Assembly (NCBI GenBank): GCA_001724265.1
Contig: MEDY01000011.1
Coordinates: 124,001-188,000 of the forward strand
Direction of reading: 5' to 3'
DNA from: Rhizaria sp. SCN 62-66
Lineage: Eukaryota
Length of the DNA stretch: 64,000 nt
The number at the start of each line of letters is the position of its first letter. The first letter of the stretch is position 1. A model generated the notes under the pieces. It saw only the letters and a program-made list of their open reading frames with translations, had not been told where the DNA came from and did no database searches. The translations under genes and the position numbers were made by a program. Below are positions 1-14,400 of the stretch, one piece after another.

Positions 1-1336
1 TGTTCGCGTCCGCGGCACGCTTGTCAGCGAGCTCGAGCTGCTCGAGCTCCCACGCGTTGCCCACGGTCACGTTGACGGCCGGGGCGTCGCCGCATGTGAA
101 CTCGCAGAGCCGGCCGGCGTCCTCGATGGCGATCTTGACCACCTCAACGGGGTCCATCTCGAGTGCGATGATGCCGCTATAGCCCGCGATGGGGGAGTGC
201 AGCGCGAGGTGCTGCGCGATCAACACGCGGATGCCGATGCGCGAGAGATAGAAGCGGTCCAGGAACTGCGTAAGAAACGGACAGCCCTGGTCGCCGGCCG
301 TCGCGCGCACGGCCTCCTTGATCTGCAGCACGCCGCGCGCGAGCATGGGCACCACGTCGCGGTGGCGCTCGAAGATGTTCTCGAGCCGAGCGCGGAACGC
401 CTCCGCTTCGGCGACGTCCTGCGGTGGCGGGAACGATACGATCTCGCGCAAAGAGTCCTCGTACCACTGGCGCACGGTCATCACAGGCACGGTGTTCGAG
501 AGTCCGTACGGTAGAGCCTCAAGCTCGGAGATGCGTTTCGACAGACGCACGGGGAGCTCGGCGCAGAGGAACGCGGCGTTCTGCAACAGCCCGTCGAGAG
601 TGACGCGGGAACCCATCGAGACGATGTGGGACAGCGACATCGGCGTAACGTCGCCGCGCGCAAGCTCGCGGATCTGGGCCTGGAACACGTGGCGCGAGCC
701 CATGTACGCGGGCACGTCGTACAGGCGGTCACCGCCGGCCTGAGGCCCAGCAGTCGCGGACGGGGGCAGCACATCACCGTCGGCGCCCGTGGCAGCGGCA
801 GCAGCGGAAACGGGGCTACCTGTGCTTGTGCTGTGTGACGGCACAGGTGCGTGCGCGTGCGATGCTGCTCCTGCGCCTGTACCTGTGTTGCTGCCGTGGC
901 CGTGAGAGAGAGGCGAGCGGAGAGTCGAGGGATTGCCGAACGAGTCCGCCTCACCGCCTGCGACACTGTTGGCCACGCCGCCGAATGAGCCACCGCGGCT
1001 GCCGTAGTTGTGAGAAGTCATAAAACGCATGCTACCTAATAGTGTGGACACTGTGGAGCGGGATGTGGAGGTTCTGTTGCTCTTATGCGCCCTGTTGCTG
1101 ATGACCGGCTTCAAGAGAGTTTGAGGAGTGATGAAGCCGTTTGATGGCAGGATGATGGATTGATGCGTGGTACCACAAATGTTGTTGCGTTCTAAGGTTG
1201 TCATGCTCGCAGACAATGTCTTCAACGGCGTAGCTGACAAGGAGACTCGCGGGAACGCGGCTGTGACGAGTGAAGACGACATTGTGCAGAGAGTTCGCTG
1301 TGTTGCGAGTCCCAGACTACGGCACGCAGGAAACAT
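1..1336 (-). CDS. Mitochondrial pyruvate dehydrogenase kinase / branched-chain ketoacid dehydrogenase kinase family protein (3' end outside window)
   Basis: Absent from the ORF track because it has no stop in the window. Manual translation from ATG 1336 is open to the edge: presequence-like MFPACRSLGLATQRTLCTMSSSLVTAAFPRVSLS, a long low-complexity linker, then NAAFLCAELPVRLSKRISELEALPYGLS..VRQWYEDS..FERHRDVVPMLARG..FLDRFYLSRIGIRVLIAQHLAL, the PDK/BCKDK N-terminal domain signature. Alternative start at ATG 1282. Confidence 0.88.
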   Translation of the reverse strand, partial: MFPACRSLGLATQRTLCTMSSSLVTAAFPRVSLSATPLKTLSASMTTLERNNICGTTHQSIILPSNGFITPQTLLKPVISNRAHKSNRTSTSRSTVSTLLGSMRFMTSHNYGSRGGSFGGVANSVAGGEADSFGNPSTLRSPLSHGHGSNTGTGAGAASHAHAPVPSHSTSTGSPVSAAAAATGADGDVLPPSATAGPQAGGDRLYDVPAYMGSRHVFQAQIRELARGDVTPMSLSHIVSMGSRVTLDGLLQNAAFLCAELPVRLSKRISELEALPYGLSNTVPVMTVRQWYEDSLREIVSFPPPQDVAEAEAFRARLENIFERHRDVVPMLARGVLQIKEAVRATAGDQGCPFLTQFLDRFYLSRIGIRVLIAQHLALHSPIAGYSGIIALEMDPVEVVKIAIEDAGRLCEFTCGDAPAVNVTVGNAWELEQLELADKRAADAN

Positions 1337-2492
1337 ACCAAGCTTCTGTTTGCTGTGAAGGGCAAATAATGGTGCAAAGATAACGAGAAAATAGTATTGA
1401 ATAAGCAATTACGGCTCGTTATAAAGCTTAGAAATTGGGATTTTGTCGGGATGATTCGAGAGTTCGAGTGACAAGTCGGAACGTTACGAAGAAGCAAGTG
1501 GAAGGCATCCTTCGCACATCAAACTGAGGTGTAATCAGTTTTATGGACTTTAATTCATAGAAACTATTCAAAAAGATCATTGACAGACAACCTGACGAGC
1601 GGGGTGAAGCAGTATGATCAGACCGAAACAGTGCCTCAGCCCTCCTCTTCTTATCGGCCTCACCGGGAAACTTACGAAATAAGTGTGTATAATGAGTAAG
1701 ATAAGTGTTTCGTGACTGAATCTTTTCAGGCATAGCATATTAAACATTGGCTTTCACCGAGATGCAAGAAGCTTGACTTTATTGGGTGTTAAGGGCCTCA
1801 GATCGTCCAAGATACATGTTTTGATCCGTTTGTAGAGGAGGCAATGTATGAACAAAGGAAGGTGTATCTTCATGTAGTCCGAGAGCCAACAAGTCTGAAT
1901 GATATGGTCAAGCTTTAAACCAAACTTGAAAGAATAAAAGGCAAAAATATGCATCATCTGTTGCCAAACACCCCACGTTGCAGCTCGAAAGATGGCGGCG
2001 CCAGCGATCCGTTGGGGGGTCGGTAGTGACCGTGAGCAGAGCTGACAGAGGACTACTGTATGGCAGGTCGCGAACGAAGCGAACGGCCTCTTTTTTGTGG
2101 CCAACCGGAGCTTACTATTTCGTGCGAATTGTGGACTTTTAATCGCCAAATCGAAATGCCATTACCAGAACTGGTGCATATGCGGCATATGTTTCACATG
2201 TATTGTATGAACAACTCCGAGCCGATGCTCAACAAGGTACATTTCCCACCTCCTTTCTCCCTTGCTTGTCTCAGTTGCCCCTTTAGCTTCGCTCTTAAAC
2301 ATTGCTATAAGGCCCGTTAAACAGGTCAAAGTACAGTTTCGGTTTACCCCTTCGGTTTATAGAGGCTTCAATCTACTCCTGTACTCTTGGCTGCGCGCCT
2401 TTCTTTGTCTCAGAGCCACACAAGAGGGCATTAAAGTTGTTTTAGCTTCAGCTTACCAATCCAACTTGCATCACGCACATAAACGAGCTCTC

Positions 2493-5400
2493 ATGAGAGC
2501 CGGAAGCGGGCGCAACATGCGCCCTCACCTGCAATGGCTTGTCACCTGCGCCTTCGTCTGCTTTTTGCTTTTTTGCTCGAGTGCGCTCGCTGTAGACCAC
2601 ACTACAGTCTCGCTTGAGTTCTCGAGCTTGCCCACTCGCGACGCGATTAGCGCGACCGTCACGGCCTACCTCAATGTTCGCACGACAGTCACGACGCTCC
2701 CCACGAACGAGACTGACGGAGGGTTTTTCTCGATCATCTGTGATCATGAATCCATCACTTCGATTTCGTCCGTCAGCAGCAGTGGTACCACCGCTACTGT
2801 AACCCAGATCAATGGTCCTCTTGGAGTCGTCTCGGGGATTCAGTCCGGTGATCCTGCGTTGATGGGTGGGGTGCTCACGCTCGCTGTCGTGCTCCCTCTC
2901 TCGGTTGTAGCGCCCGTTTACCTCAACACTGCTGCCAGTCACAAGCTCCCTGCGAATCTCTGTTCGAGTTACTTCACCAACAAGGTCCGCGAGCGCTTCA
3001 CAGTCTCGTCACCTGCGACAACCTTCACGGCTCTACCGGACTGGACAACGGCACCCTTGGTAATGATGAGCTCGGGCATCACCGCCGCTAAGCCCATTGT
3101 ATACTCTGGATCTACAGGGAAGGCGCAGCTGAGTCTGTCGATTGCAATCCTGCACGCCTACCAAATCACGTCCATGAATATCGAGTTTATCTCCCCGTGC
3201 ACCGGCGGCTCCTTCGCGGCGGCGACTCTTGACTCGCAACTCTCGACTGTGACCGTGTCTTCTGGCACAGGCTCGGCAACCTCCGCGACCATCAATTTTA
3301 ACACCTATGACGCTCCTCTTAGCCCTTTCACAATCCTTGTCATTGACGGCGTACAACTGGATCCGTCAACTTCCGTAGCGTCCAACAACCTCAAGCAGTG
3401 CTTCAAATTGACCTTTTTTGGTTCAAGCTCTACGACGCTGATCCCTGCAACGACATTGCCTACGTCTGCTTTCTTGATCCCGAACACGGCGCCCGCGCAT
3501 CTGATGGTCACAACAGCACTGCCGCAGATGCTCGGCTCGACATACTGGGTCGACACATACGTTGCTGCGCCGGGCACACCCACAGTTAACTATGTCATCA
3601 CAGTTAACTCAGACCCGGTGACTTGCCCGCAGGCGTTGCAGACGTGGACATCGCCGAATCTACCTGTTGAAAAGTCCACACTGATGCTGAACCAGACTCT
3701 TATGCGCGATGTCAGTGACTTGACGTGTACCGTGACAGTCTCAAGCAGCGACAGCACGTGGATTCGCTCCTCGTTTGCGGCCGCACGCTTCCTCGTGCAA
3801 TGTACATCGGTGCCCACATCACTGTCATGGATTCGGTTGCGTGTGACGAACATTATGACCGAGACAGCGACACTGCCCGAGGGCTGTTGGACAGTCGAGA
3901 CTTCGGCCTCTCTCACTGCGCCCGCTACGTCTGTGCGCACGATGAATGCACCGTGGACTGTGCAGCCCTCTTCCGCGATCACCTTCGATGTTACTCGTCG
4001 CACCACTGACAGCAACGCGCTTCGCTTCACCTTAGGAGGGAGTGCTGGCAAAGACATCGACGTTCAGGTTCATCTGCTGACTCTGCCGCATTGTCCTGCA
4101 GCAGACCTGTTCAAATCGTATGCGAGTTCGACGTACATGTCTTCACTGAGGAATGTCGACTCCACTACAGCGCTCTTCTCCTCGTCGCCGTACCGCACCA
4201 TGCGCATTCTGTACACGTCCACGAATCCCTCACAAACGACTCGGTTTCAGGTTGCGTCTACCGCTCTGAACAACGACAACGTGGTTAAGATCCCCCCGGG
4301 GTGCTTGCAGTCCATGCTTATTGTGAACGGTGCATTACCACCCCTTGTGTTGCAGTCAACGGTAGACGTGTCGATGTCGCTTTCTTATAGCACCTATTCT
4401 CAAAAATCAATCAACCTTGATATCAAATCAATTGTGCTGCCCGCTCTATTTGCAAATCCTGCGGCAACCGTCTTTGGCAACCGCTTCGACCTGAATGACG
4501 TTACCTATCCGAGTACCACAAACGGCGGTGATCGCAAATATGAGGTTACATGGAACGCACACTGCCGTGCTTGGACGTTGAACACAGATGCTTCTGTCCA
4601 CAAGCTAGGCACAGCTGAAAACAACATTGGTAACTGTCCCGTGGCCAGTGTGACGGCGAACTTTCTTGACATGCGCTGTCAAGATAGTCCGACGAACTTC
4701 CGGCTACAGTCGGCGTCCTTTCAGTCAACTATGTACACCATCACGTATCCTCCTGCCGTTGATTGTTTTAGTCTCATCGCGCGTCGTGGTACAAATTCTA
4801 GCTATCAATATGCCTACACCATCTCCACCTCTAACTCTAGTCTTGTCCCCAATGTCGGTGTCTCTATCGCCGATTTCAGTGTGCGCTCATTGGTGGCAAC
4901 TTCTATCACACTCAGCTTGCAGATCGCCGTTGTAATCATGGCCGGCACCACCAGCGTCGTCGCCCTGGAAATCAAGAAGACTGGCGCTGCTTACTCCTGG
5001 TCAAACAGCGGCACGGGCAATGCAGCTCTCACGACCACGACTGTCGCGCATTGGGGCTCTGGCTCGAGCAGCTGTACTGGCAGCGTCAGCAGTGACAATT
5101 TTTTGCTGTCGTGCACACCACGCATTGTGAATAGTGTCATTACATCTCTGCCGGCTCCTTTGGGTATCGGTATCGATTCGCTTGTCGCTGACTTCAGCTC
5201 TCTTTCTTCAGGCTCGCTACCCAGCGCTGCCATCTCGGTTTCAGGCTCAAACAGCGTTTACACTGCGGCGGACATGCCGTTGCCTGACGTGTCTTCGCGC
5301 GGCATCGATCACGCGCTCGTCGCGATGCGCGCCCTCACCGACGACGACGGCTCCACAATCGTACGCGTTGTCGCTAAGTTCTTCATCTACCGCACTTCTG

Positions 5401-8400
5401 GCGGCGGCAACGCAGTGAAGTTTGCGTGGTCCATCACCCCGGGTTGCAACGGAGTCGTGCGCGTTGCGGCGTGGACCTCCTCTGACGTGACTACGACGTG
5501 CACTCTTGACAACATTTCGATCGACCGCGCCACGGCGACCATCTCGTGCCCGTACCCGTCGGCAGTCGCGCAGAGGTCGGTGCAGTTCCCGCTGCAACTG
5601 CACTACAAGCAGCTGCGCGTCGACGGCGCGTTGCCAACTACATGTGTGCGCGCGAAGATGATGGTTTACATTTCTGGTACTCTTTTGGAAACTACCAAAT
5701 CTGTGGATGCGATGGAGTCTGTTGTGTCATCAGACGTCGATGTTGTGCCACGGCGCCTTTACGTACAGACGGCGCCGCTGACGGCAACTGTTTTCAGTGT
5801 CGACACTGTGGCGGGCACGTTCACCAATATGTACTCGTATAGGTACACTCTGTCGTCATATCGCTCCGGCAATCAGTCGATCGCAAGCAGCTACTTTATC
5901 CGGCCCTGCAATGAGAATGATGTCACCGTCCTAGTGCCATCTGGCCCTGTCCAGTTCACCATCGGCGCCGCGGGCTCTACCGACAACGTTGACTCGTACA
6001 GCTGTCCATATGTAACCGGCCATGACCCGATCCCGGCGTCGATTCCAAACGGTGTTGTGATGCACACATGCACCTTAGAGACGATCCCCAACGCAAATCT
6101 CTTTGGACAGGTTCCACAACACTTCATTGAGATCGACGGCATGATTCTGAACAATAAGGCCGCCACGTCGGTGTGCCTCAACATCAATGACGGGTGGGAC
6201 GGAACCTCGAACCCCGCGAAGTCGGTGCTTCCCCTTACGTTTTCCCAGAAACAGAACGCAATGGAGTATGATCTCACCATTGCGGCCCGCGTCACGGTCA
6301 TGGGTGAAGACCTTTACCTCACAGATGCGCGATTTTTTTTCACTGTGGAGATGAGTGTGTATCTTTTGCAGGAGATTCCCTCGTCTGATGAAGTCTACTT
6401 CACCCTTGCACTCGCTGATCGCCCCGAGTGTAACGCCATCTCACTTGGTCGCGAGCAGTCGGCGATGCGGCCCTTCAGCTCCAAGTGGGGGAGCTCACTC
6501 ACCGATAGCTGCGTGGACATGGGCTACCTGCCCGACAATCGGCGTGCGATCCATTGCCCGCACCCTGGCGCGACAGTTGGACTCAACCACAAGGTGTACA
6601 CGCTGCGCATCCCGCTGCTGTATGAGGCCCCGTCTAACACCACAGAGGTGCCTCGTCAGTGTTTCGAGACGACGATGTCGGGTCACAAGCTGAAGTCTCT
6701 GAACCCGCGCGACAACGTGAAGTTCCCGTCGACGAGCGTTGATCAGCTCACGCCTGTTGAGGTGCTGATGCGTGTTAAGGAGAAGAATATCGATGACTCA
6801 TGGGATCGGAGTGACAACGCCAGCCCTTGGGTTGTTGCATCCACGCTAGACGTTGCGTTTTCTCTCCTCAATCAAGTCGGCCTTAGCACCAATCTTGCCT
6901 TTGAGATTGAATACAACTCTTCGAACGCAACTGTGTGTCCGCCAGATGCCCTTGAGTTCATGCCTACCGTCACGCTTGAGCCGCTTGACATGAGTGTTAC
7001 GTTGGCCACATACTACACGCACGGCGAGGGTTTCAACTGTACCGCAACCACGGCCACTGCGGCAAAGCTCTCAGTTGTCTGCGAAGCGCTTGATGATTTA
7101 GTGACAACACAAGGGTACATTCTGAAGATGACCAATGCGTTCCGTGTTCGTTACGGTGTTAGTGCCTTTGTGCCTTTCATTTCAGACTCGTGTCTCAAGG
7201 TCACCACACATCCCTACGCCAATCCCGCTCAGACTGGCCCGCTGCTTGAGTCGGTTCACATGTACGACTACCTCATTGCCAGTCATTCCCCACACGCTGA
7301 ACGCGTCTTCCATGTTTCGAAGAAGCTTGTCTCGGCGCTGCCTGATGGCGATCCTGCTGCTTTGTTTGAAACGCACACCTTCGAGCTCCAGGTCTACGCC
7401 TACACCAACGACTTTCTGACCCAAGCAAACACCGAATTTGACATCACTTTTAGCGACGCAGATGTCGCAACCAAGGGGTTCAGCACGCCCGAGCTTGCGC
7501 TCGCTGCCATCCCCACGGCGTATGCCACGACCTGGACCTGCACCCTGACTCAGTCCATGCCAGTCGGCTCGGGCAAACTCGAGTGCTCCGCACCGACGTT
7601 GCCGACCGTGGCGACGGATCTCTCGACACCGATGCGCGTGCGCTTCTCCGGTGCGCAGTCGCATTATGGTGCCATCTGGCCGCGGATGCCGAAGTCGGTT
7701 GTGTTGATCAACAACAACCAGTCCTCAAACCCTCTTGGTCATCTCACGACTGACTCTGAGCACAAGATCGACATTCACGTCACAACCTTCGGTGCCTCGG
7801 TAACCCACTCGTGGGACGGTGTTCACGTGACGTCTGGACTCAAGTGGACGATTTACTACCACTCGTCCTTCAGGATCTCATCATTCGACATGGAGACGAG
7901 CAAGAGCTGTGCGCTGCGCATGGCCCACGACACTGCACTGCCTGTGACCGCCCCCGGTAGTAACGTCATCTCTCCTGGTTCGATTGCTTCTGACCGCTGG
8001 CACTACAATTTCAGCATCCTCACGTTTCCCTCTCCGGATCCTCTTAATGAACTCAATTCAACAACGCCGACGCTACCCGTCACGCCTTTCTACGAGCTCA
8101 GCCTGTCGACTGCGGCCGAGGCCGAGTTCTCGGCGAGTGAGACTCGGTCCATCCCGAAATCGTGCTTCACCTTTAAGGTCAACTACTACGACACCGTTAC
8201 TTTTATCGCGTATTCGATGACGTGGGTCGGTAGCACTGATGATGTGGCGATGGGCGCAACGGCTTCGGGTAACATCTACAATGACATGTACGATGTCTCT
8301 GTCGACGTGCTTGACCATACAATGTCGTCAGCAACCACATTTAAGAGCGAGATCGATGTAATTGTTATTCCACGTCATGATTTGACTGGTATTAACACCT

Positions 8401-11400
8401 TCGACATCGAACTCACATCGTACTGCCTTAACTCGTTCCTCTTCTCCTCACCCACGCTTACTTCAGTGTACAACGCCTCGAGCACGGGCGAGGATCCGCT
8501 GGTCGAAGATTGGACGCTGGCAAGTTCCTCCGCAACCAAAGTCACACTTTCGTGCTCAAACCCCGTTTGCTTCACTGACGATAAGTACATGCGCTTCCGC
8601 CTCACGGGCCTCGTGTTCAACCTTGACACAAGCGGCGCGCAGCAGCTGGCCGCACTGCCGGGCCGTTGTCTGCAAGTGACGTCGACGTTCGAGGACGTTG
8701 TCTACTCGCGACCGTCAGTCGTTAAGCTGCCGCTACCAACTGCTGGCTCGCTGAGTCACTTTGTGCAATCGACGTCGTTGGCGCAGGACACCGCGATGCA
8801 GGGGCCTGTCGCGGCTGGCAACTATATTGCGATGACATTCACGCGTCTGTTTTTGCGTGCGAATGACAAGGTTCGTCTCACTCTCCCGACCAGCCTCTCG
8901 ATCGCGACGGGTGTGGCGCCCAGTGACTCATCTAACGCTGTCATCCTCTCTGTGTTTAGCTCTGACAACGCTGTGACACGCACATTATCCTGCCGCATTC
9001 CATGCAATCTTGTAGTTCCCACCCTGGTGTATGAATCGACGCAGCCCCTCGTGTGTACGCCCGCGAAGCCTTGTCATGTCTATATGCCGACTGGCACGTT
9101 CTCCACGGTTCCGCTCCCGATCCTCATCGACGCGTTCATCACGCTCTCGATCACGCCCTCAACGCCGTACACCTACTTACCGCGCTCGAATATTGTGCTG
9201 AGCTTTTCTGTGAATCGCCTTGATCGCTTGTCTCTTCCTGACCTTGGGATCACGAACATCGTCACCAGTGCCGAAACCACCGCAGATCCCTACGTTGATG
9301 GTTTCACGCTTGACTTTGATATGCCCGCTATGCCCCGTCTTAGTATGTTTAAGCGTTTTGCTCTGGTGATCACATTCAGCACATCTGTCTCCATCGTGAC
9401 CCCGTTTGATGTAGCGAAACTTGTTGGCTCCACACCTGTCGGCTCTGTGGGACTGTTAAGTGCGAACGGTCGCGAGCTGCGGCTGTCTGTCGCTTCGCCC
9501 ATCGTGGCCTCACACATGCGCATTGCAGGACTGATCTTTGGAGACGCGCTGTGCGTCAACACGCCCACTGTGTTCGAGAAGTCTGGTGTGTGTGCCGCCC
9601 CCAGCTTTACCGCCAAGATTGTCACTGAGCTCGACACGCTGGCCGCGGAACTGGCCACTGCTGGTGCCTCCCCTCCCGCTGCGCTGGTTGCTGAGCGGGA
9701 CCTCAGCCGTATTGTTACGGAAGGTGAAGTTGTTGCAGTCTCCAAGAGTCCGTTCACGTTCAATCCCGTGTTCACGCCTGAGTCGTTCTGGCATACGCGT
9801 GTAATCAACGAGACTGCCACAGCAACAGGCTACACCACTGTTGCCGAGTTCAACTCCCCCGTCGACTTCATGTTCGACACAACACCTGGTGGTCATTTTG
9901 TGCTCGAGATTTCCGCCGCGTCAGCCGCCACCATTGCCGGCTTCATCGTCACTGACGCTCAACTTGAGTTTATTGGTGCCGAGATGGGTCTTACTCTTGA
10001 CATGGTTGTTGACGGCGCCAACAACAGGCTTTGGAGCGTCGGCATCGCAGACCCATCCCCCTTTGCCTCTCAGCTCTCGGATGGTGCCTCGATTGGACTC
10101 ACCCTCACAATTGACTCGGCCACGCTGCGCCTAGCGCCCGTCACAGCAGTTCTTCGCATCGTCCCCGCCGCGAACGCTGTTGGCCGTCTGGAAGAGGCGT
10201 TCCTGAAGCTGCCGGCGTCCGACCGTCTCAGCGACGCTGCTGGCACGTCGACGTCGCTTGTCTTCCCCTGGACACGCAACACTGCCTCGTTGTCGTTGGC
10301 CATCTTTGCACCACCGTTCGCTCCTCTTCGCACTAACGCCGCGCTGACTGAGTTCAGGTTGACCTTTAGCTTCACTGGCGCGGAGGTCTCTTCGTGCAGT
10401 GCTGTTAAGAGTGTATATCTGGTGAACTCCGGCGTGGACAGTCCCAGCAACTACGCGACTGACGCTGTGGAGCTCACGTGCACCGCCACCGCGACGGAGA
10501 TCGTCTGCGCGCTTGTAGATGTTTCAAACATTGTTGCGCGTACTGACACGCTGCAGTTTGTGCTTAAATCATGCGTCAAAACGCCCATGAGCTCTGCAGT
10601 CACGTACTCTGGTAGCGTGGGTTTGTACGTCTCTCCCACCGCCTCCGGTGGCGCGTTCGACCTGTACGGACACAATCCTATCACGCAGACCCTGTTCGCG
10701 CTGCCTCGCGTGGCTCCTGCTGTGTATACTGACGCTGTGACCGCGAGCACGATCGTTATGAACGCGAACACAAACCTCTTTGGTGTCACGTTTGCATTTG
10801 TTGGCACGGCAGGTACAGCGCTTTGTCCCTACACTCTGCCTCGCAATGGTGCCATTCGCGTTATTGTGCCTCAGGAGGCGCGTACTAAGTACGTACTGGA
10901 CAAGCTGCCGTCGTTTCCCGCCCCGATGGTGACTGTGCGCGACCCTGATAACTTGGGCTACCTTATCACAAATGCGGGTGGTGTAGAGCTCTGCGACGCT
11001 GTCAGCACTACTACGTGGTTGTCGTACAATAACGGCTTCTTCCACCCACTTCTAAACTCGACGAACGCGTACAATATTGAGTTCGGCACTCTTACGGATG
11101 CGAATGTCTTTATCTCTGACGTGGCGTTCACTAATGTCGTTGTTAACTGGGTCGCACTGCCTCTTTTGGGTATGGTCACGATCTCCAACCTCAACATTGA
11201 CGCTGCGAGCTTCACGCAAACGGTCGGCGACAGCTCCGTGGTCGTGAATGTGAATCTATCTCCCCTTGCTGCGAGCGTCACGCTCACCCAGCTAGATGTC
11301 CGCATGACGTCTACAGACGGCAACTGCGTTTTTGACCCCGTTCTCGCGACGCGCACGCCCTCGACTCCCTTCACCAACGACCCGCTTGTCCCTGAGACAG

Positions 11401-14400
11401 TCGAGGTGATGATGAATTCCCTGTCGCCATCGACGATCTACCTCCGCGCACGCTCTAATAGCACGACACCCAAAACGCTGATGATTGCGCATACGATCCA
11501 TGGCTTGCTGTGCACACCTGGCACGCGTAGCTTTAAGTTTGCTCTTGTCGATGCGCTTTCGCATGTGCGCGTGAGCAATGAAATTGAGTCGTCGATCTTC
11601 ACGGTTGGTTCGCTGCCCGTAACGGAGCCTGATACCGACCCGGCTGATGCACCTCGCACAATGTGCCACGTCTTTGCGACGGCGGCGAGCCCACGTCCGA
11701 TATCGCTGCCGGCGGAGATGCGTCCTCTGAAGATCGTTGCCGGACAGCTGTACGACATCTACTGCACAGTCACATTACCCCGCACTTGGGTGCCTGGCCA
11801 GCTGCTGTACCTTCCTCTGGGTCGCGGATGGGAACAAGTTGAGGAACGCGAAATTGCTGTGCAAAACGCAAATAGCGTTTCTGCAGCGACAGCAAACAAC
11901 TTTACCTGGCAGACTGCGGAGAATGTACCGCCGGAGCGTCGTGTGGCTGTGTGGTATTACCGCGTGTTGGCTCCGCTGCTGGATGACATCGAAGACTATG
12001 ATTTTGGCACGTTCCATAGCACTGTAGCACTGCGCAACACAGAGGTCGCACCGGCGACTGACGTACCGGATCAGAACCTGGGATTCATCTTCTCTTGGCT
12101 CGATGTGCTGTCTGTCTCGACGAGTCCTGCGAGCAACATTCCCTACGGTATCGCATGTCTCTCTCTTGAAAACTATGCGCCACCGTACACTTTTACTGGC
12201 GGTTCTTACTACCTTCGTCTGATCGTGCCTATTGAGCTGCCAATCTATTCGCTCTACGCCCAGAGCTCTTCGGTTGACTCGCAGTTCAGCAAGTTCGCCA
12301 CGATCAAACGGCGGACAGGCACCACAGGTAATGCGAATATTGGTCTTACGCAGTCGAATTCGCGACTCACTTCAACCGCGTCTGAAACAGAGATCCGCTA
12401 CTTTATTTCTGACAGCATGAATTCTAAGAACACCTACGACATCAAATTGTGTCTGTTTGATATCCAGACCGCACGGGATCTGGCGACGATGCAGCGCCTT
12501 CTGACAACTGGAGACACACCGATGACGCTGACTATAGTTAATTACTATTTTGATTTTTGGACGTGGAGTTACGTTACAGATGTCAAGACAACCTACTCTA
12601 ATTTGCGCATCGCATCTGGTCTCTCGTCGACGATGGAGCAATCAGCGAACCCGCCCCAACTAACTGTGTTACCCCACCCGGAGTCGGGTGTGATCGGCTA
12701 CCACTTAGAGCCGCATGTTGAGACTCGTTCGCGCTCTGGTGCTGCAGTGTCGATCCGGTATGGCTTTACGGCCAGCTCTATCACATCATCGACGATTGTT
12801 CTCGCGTTCATGATTCCACAATACCTGTTGACATCAACACGTGCTACCTCGGTCAAGGTTACCAACTCTGACGGTGTCTTCACCGAGGACTACCCCAGTG
12901 AAGGCGTATCAGCCGACTGCTCCAGTAGTTTCAACAACATGGTCGCCACACTGCCGCGTCGCAGTCATGACGTCAATGTCACAGCCGAGGACGCGCGCGC
13001 AGCGTATCGGCTTAGTACGAGTCCCACATCGTGCTACAGGGTCACTGTCAGTAGCACTCTTGTCAACGCCATCAAGGAACGCTCTGGCACTATCGATGTT
13101 ACTTTGTTTGCACTCAGCCAAGAGGTGCTCTCAGCCCCGCCCCGCGAAGGTACGCTTTCCATTGTTGCATTGATGCCGAGCCCGAGCACCTTTGAAGGCA
13201 AGCCGCTCTATTCCACGACGTGGGCACTGTCGTACCCGATCCAACCGCTGCCTCACGACATCACCGCCGCCGTCACGGTTATGTCCGCAGGCTCATCGCC
13301 TGTGATTGACACCGTGCGCAACGTCGCTACCACGATTATCTACCGTCTGCACCAGAATGGCGCTGTGACGCAGTGCCCGCTGACCACAGGCGAGGACTCA
13401 GCGACGCTGCAAGGTACCTACACTGAGTCCGCTTGCTCGCCGGCAGTTGATCTTGCCAACTATTTGCGTCTCACAGTCGATGTCGCTGATGGTCGCAAAC
13501 ACGAGGGTGCGCGTGGTGCTATCACGCTGTCTCCGGACGAGATGTTGCTGCTGGTCAACTTCAATAACCGCGTTGTTGTCGCGATTCGCCGCGATCCTAT
13601 TTTCGGCACATTCATTCGCGACCGTGGTAGCACTGAATCTTACGACATCTCGCCGTACCTCGAGGCCGCTGACGAAACGTTTGACGCTGGTGGCTCGCGC
13701 GCTGCGAGTCACGCCGTCGCTCCGTTCATCCTCCACGACTATACGTCGTCTTACGGGCCTAACTTCTACGTTACTGTCGTTGTTGGACTCCGCATCGTGT
13801 CGTTCCGTATGACCTATGGTGCCGCGTCGCTGTGGGTGCTGACGGACAAGCCTGTTTTGTTTGCGCACTCTGGTGCGATCAGCGTGCCTCGTGCTCTACG
13901 CCAGGAGCAGCCGACTGTTCTGCAGGCACGCAACACGCAATCGTTTGTCCTGTGTCAGCGTGCACTCTGCATCATGTACCAGCGCAATTCAACCTACTCC
14001 GTGGTTGTCCGCGCAGAGTTCACGCTTTCAGATGCACTCACTTCTGTGCCGAAAGTAACTACCAATGATCTGAGTTCAGGCACCCGCCCCGGAACCATCT
14101 CCGTGGGTCGTGCCCTGCCATGGATTCTGACAAAGGACTACGACAACAATCTTTACGTGCCTGATGACGAGCTCTATTACGCCTACGTGCTGGGTAAGCA
14201 GCGTATCGCTATCTCGCGCATTACCGGTTTGCGCACATACGCGCCCGCGTCGAGCCGTCGCATTGCGTACGTTGATGTGGTTGCGCTGCTGGGCACGGAA
14301 ACCGAAGTTCTGGGTGTGGCGGGCGTGATCCCCACCGGAGATGGCTCTGCTGTCGTCGACGTCATGACCAAGGCCACTTCATGGAGTGAGAGCAATCGCG

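Noticed and set aside
2262-2492. TTG-initiated N-terminal extension of the giant ORF
   Set aside because: In a eukaryotic context the ATGs at 2493/2517 directly precede the signal peptide, so this stretch is probably 5'UTR.
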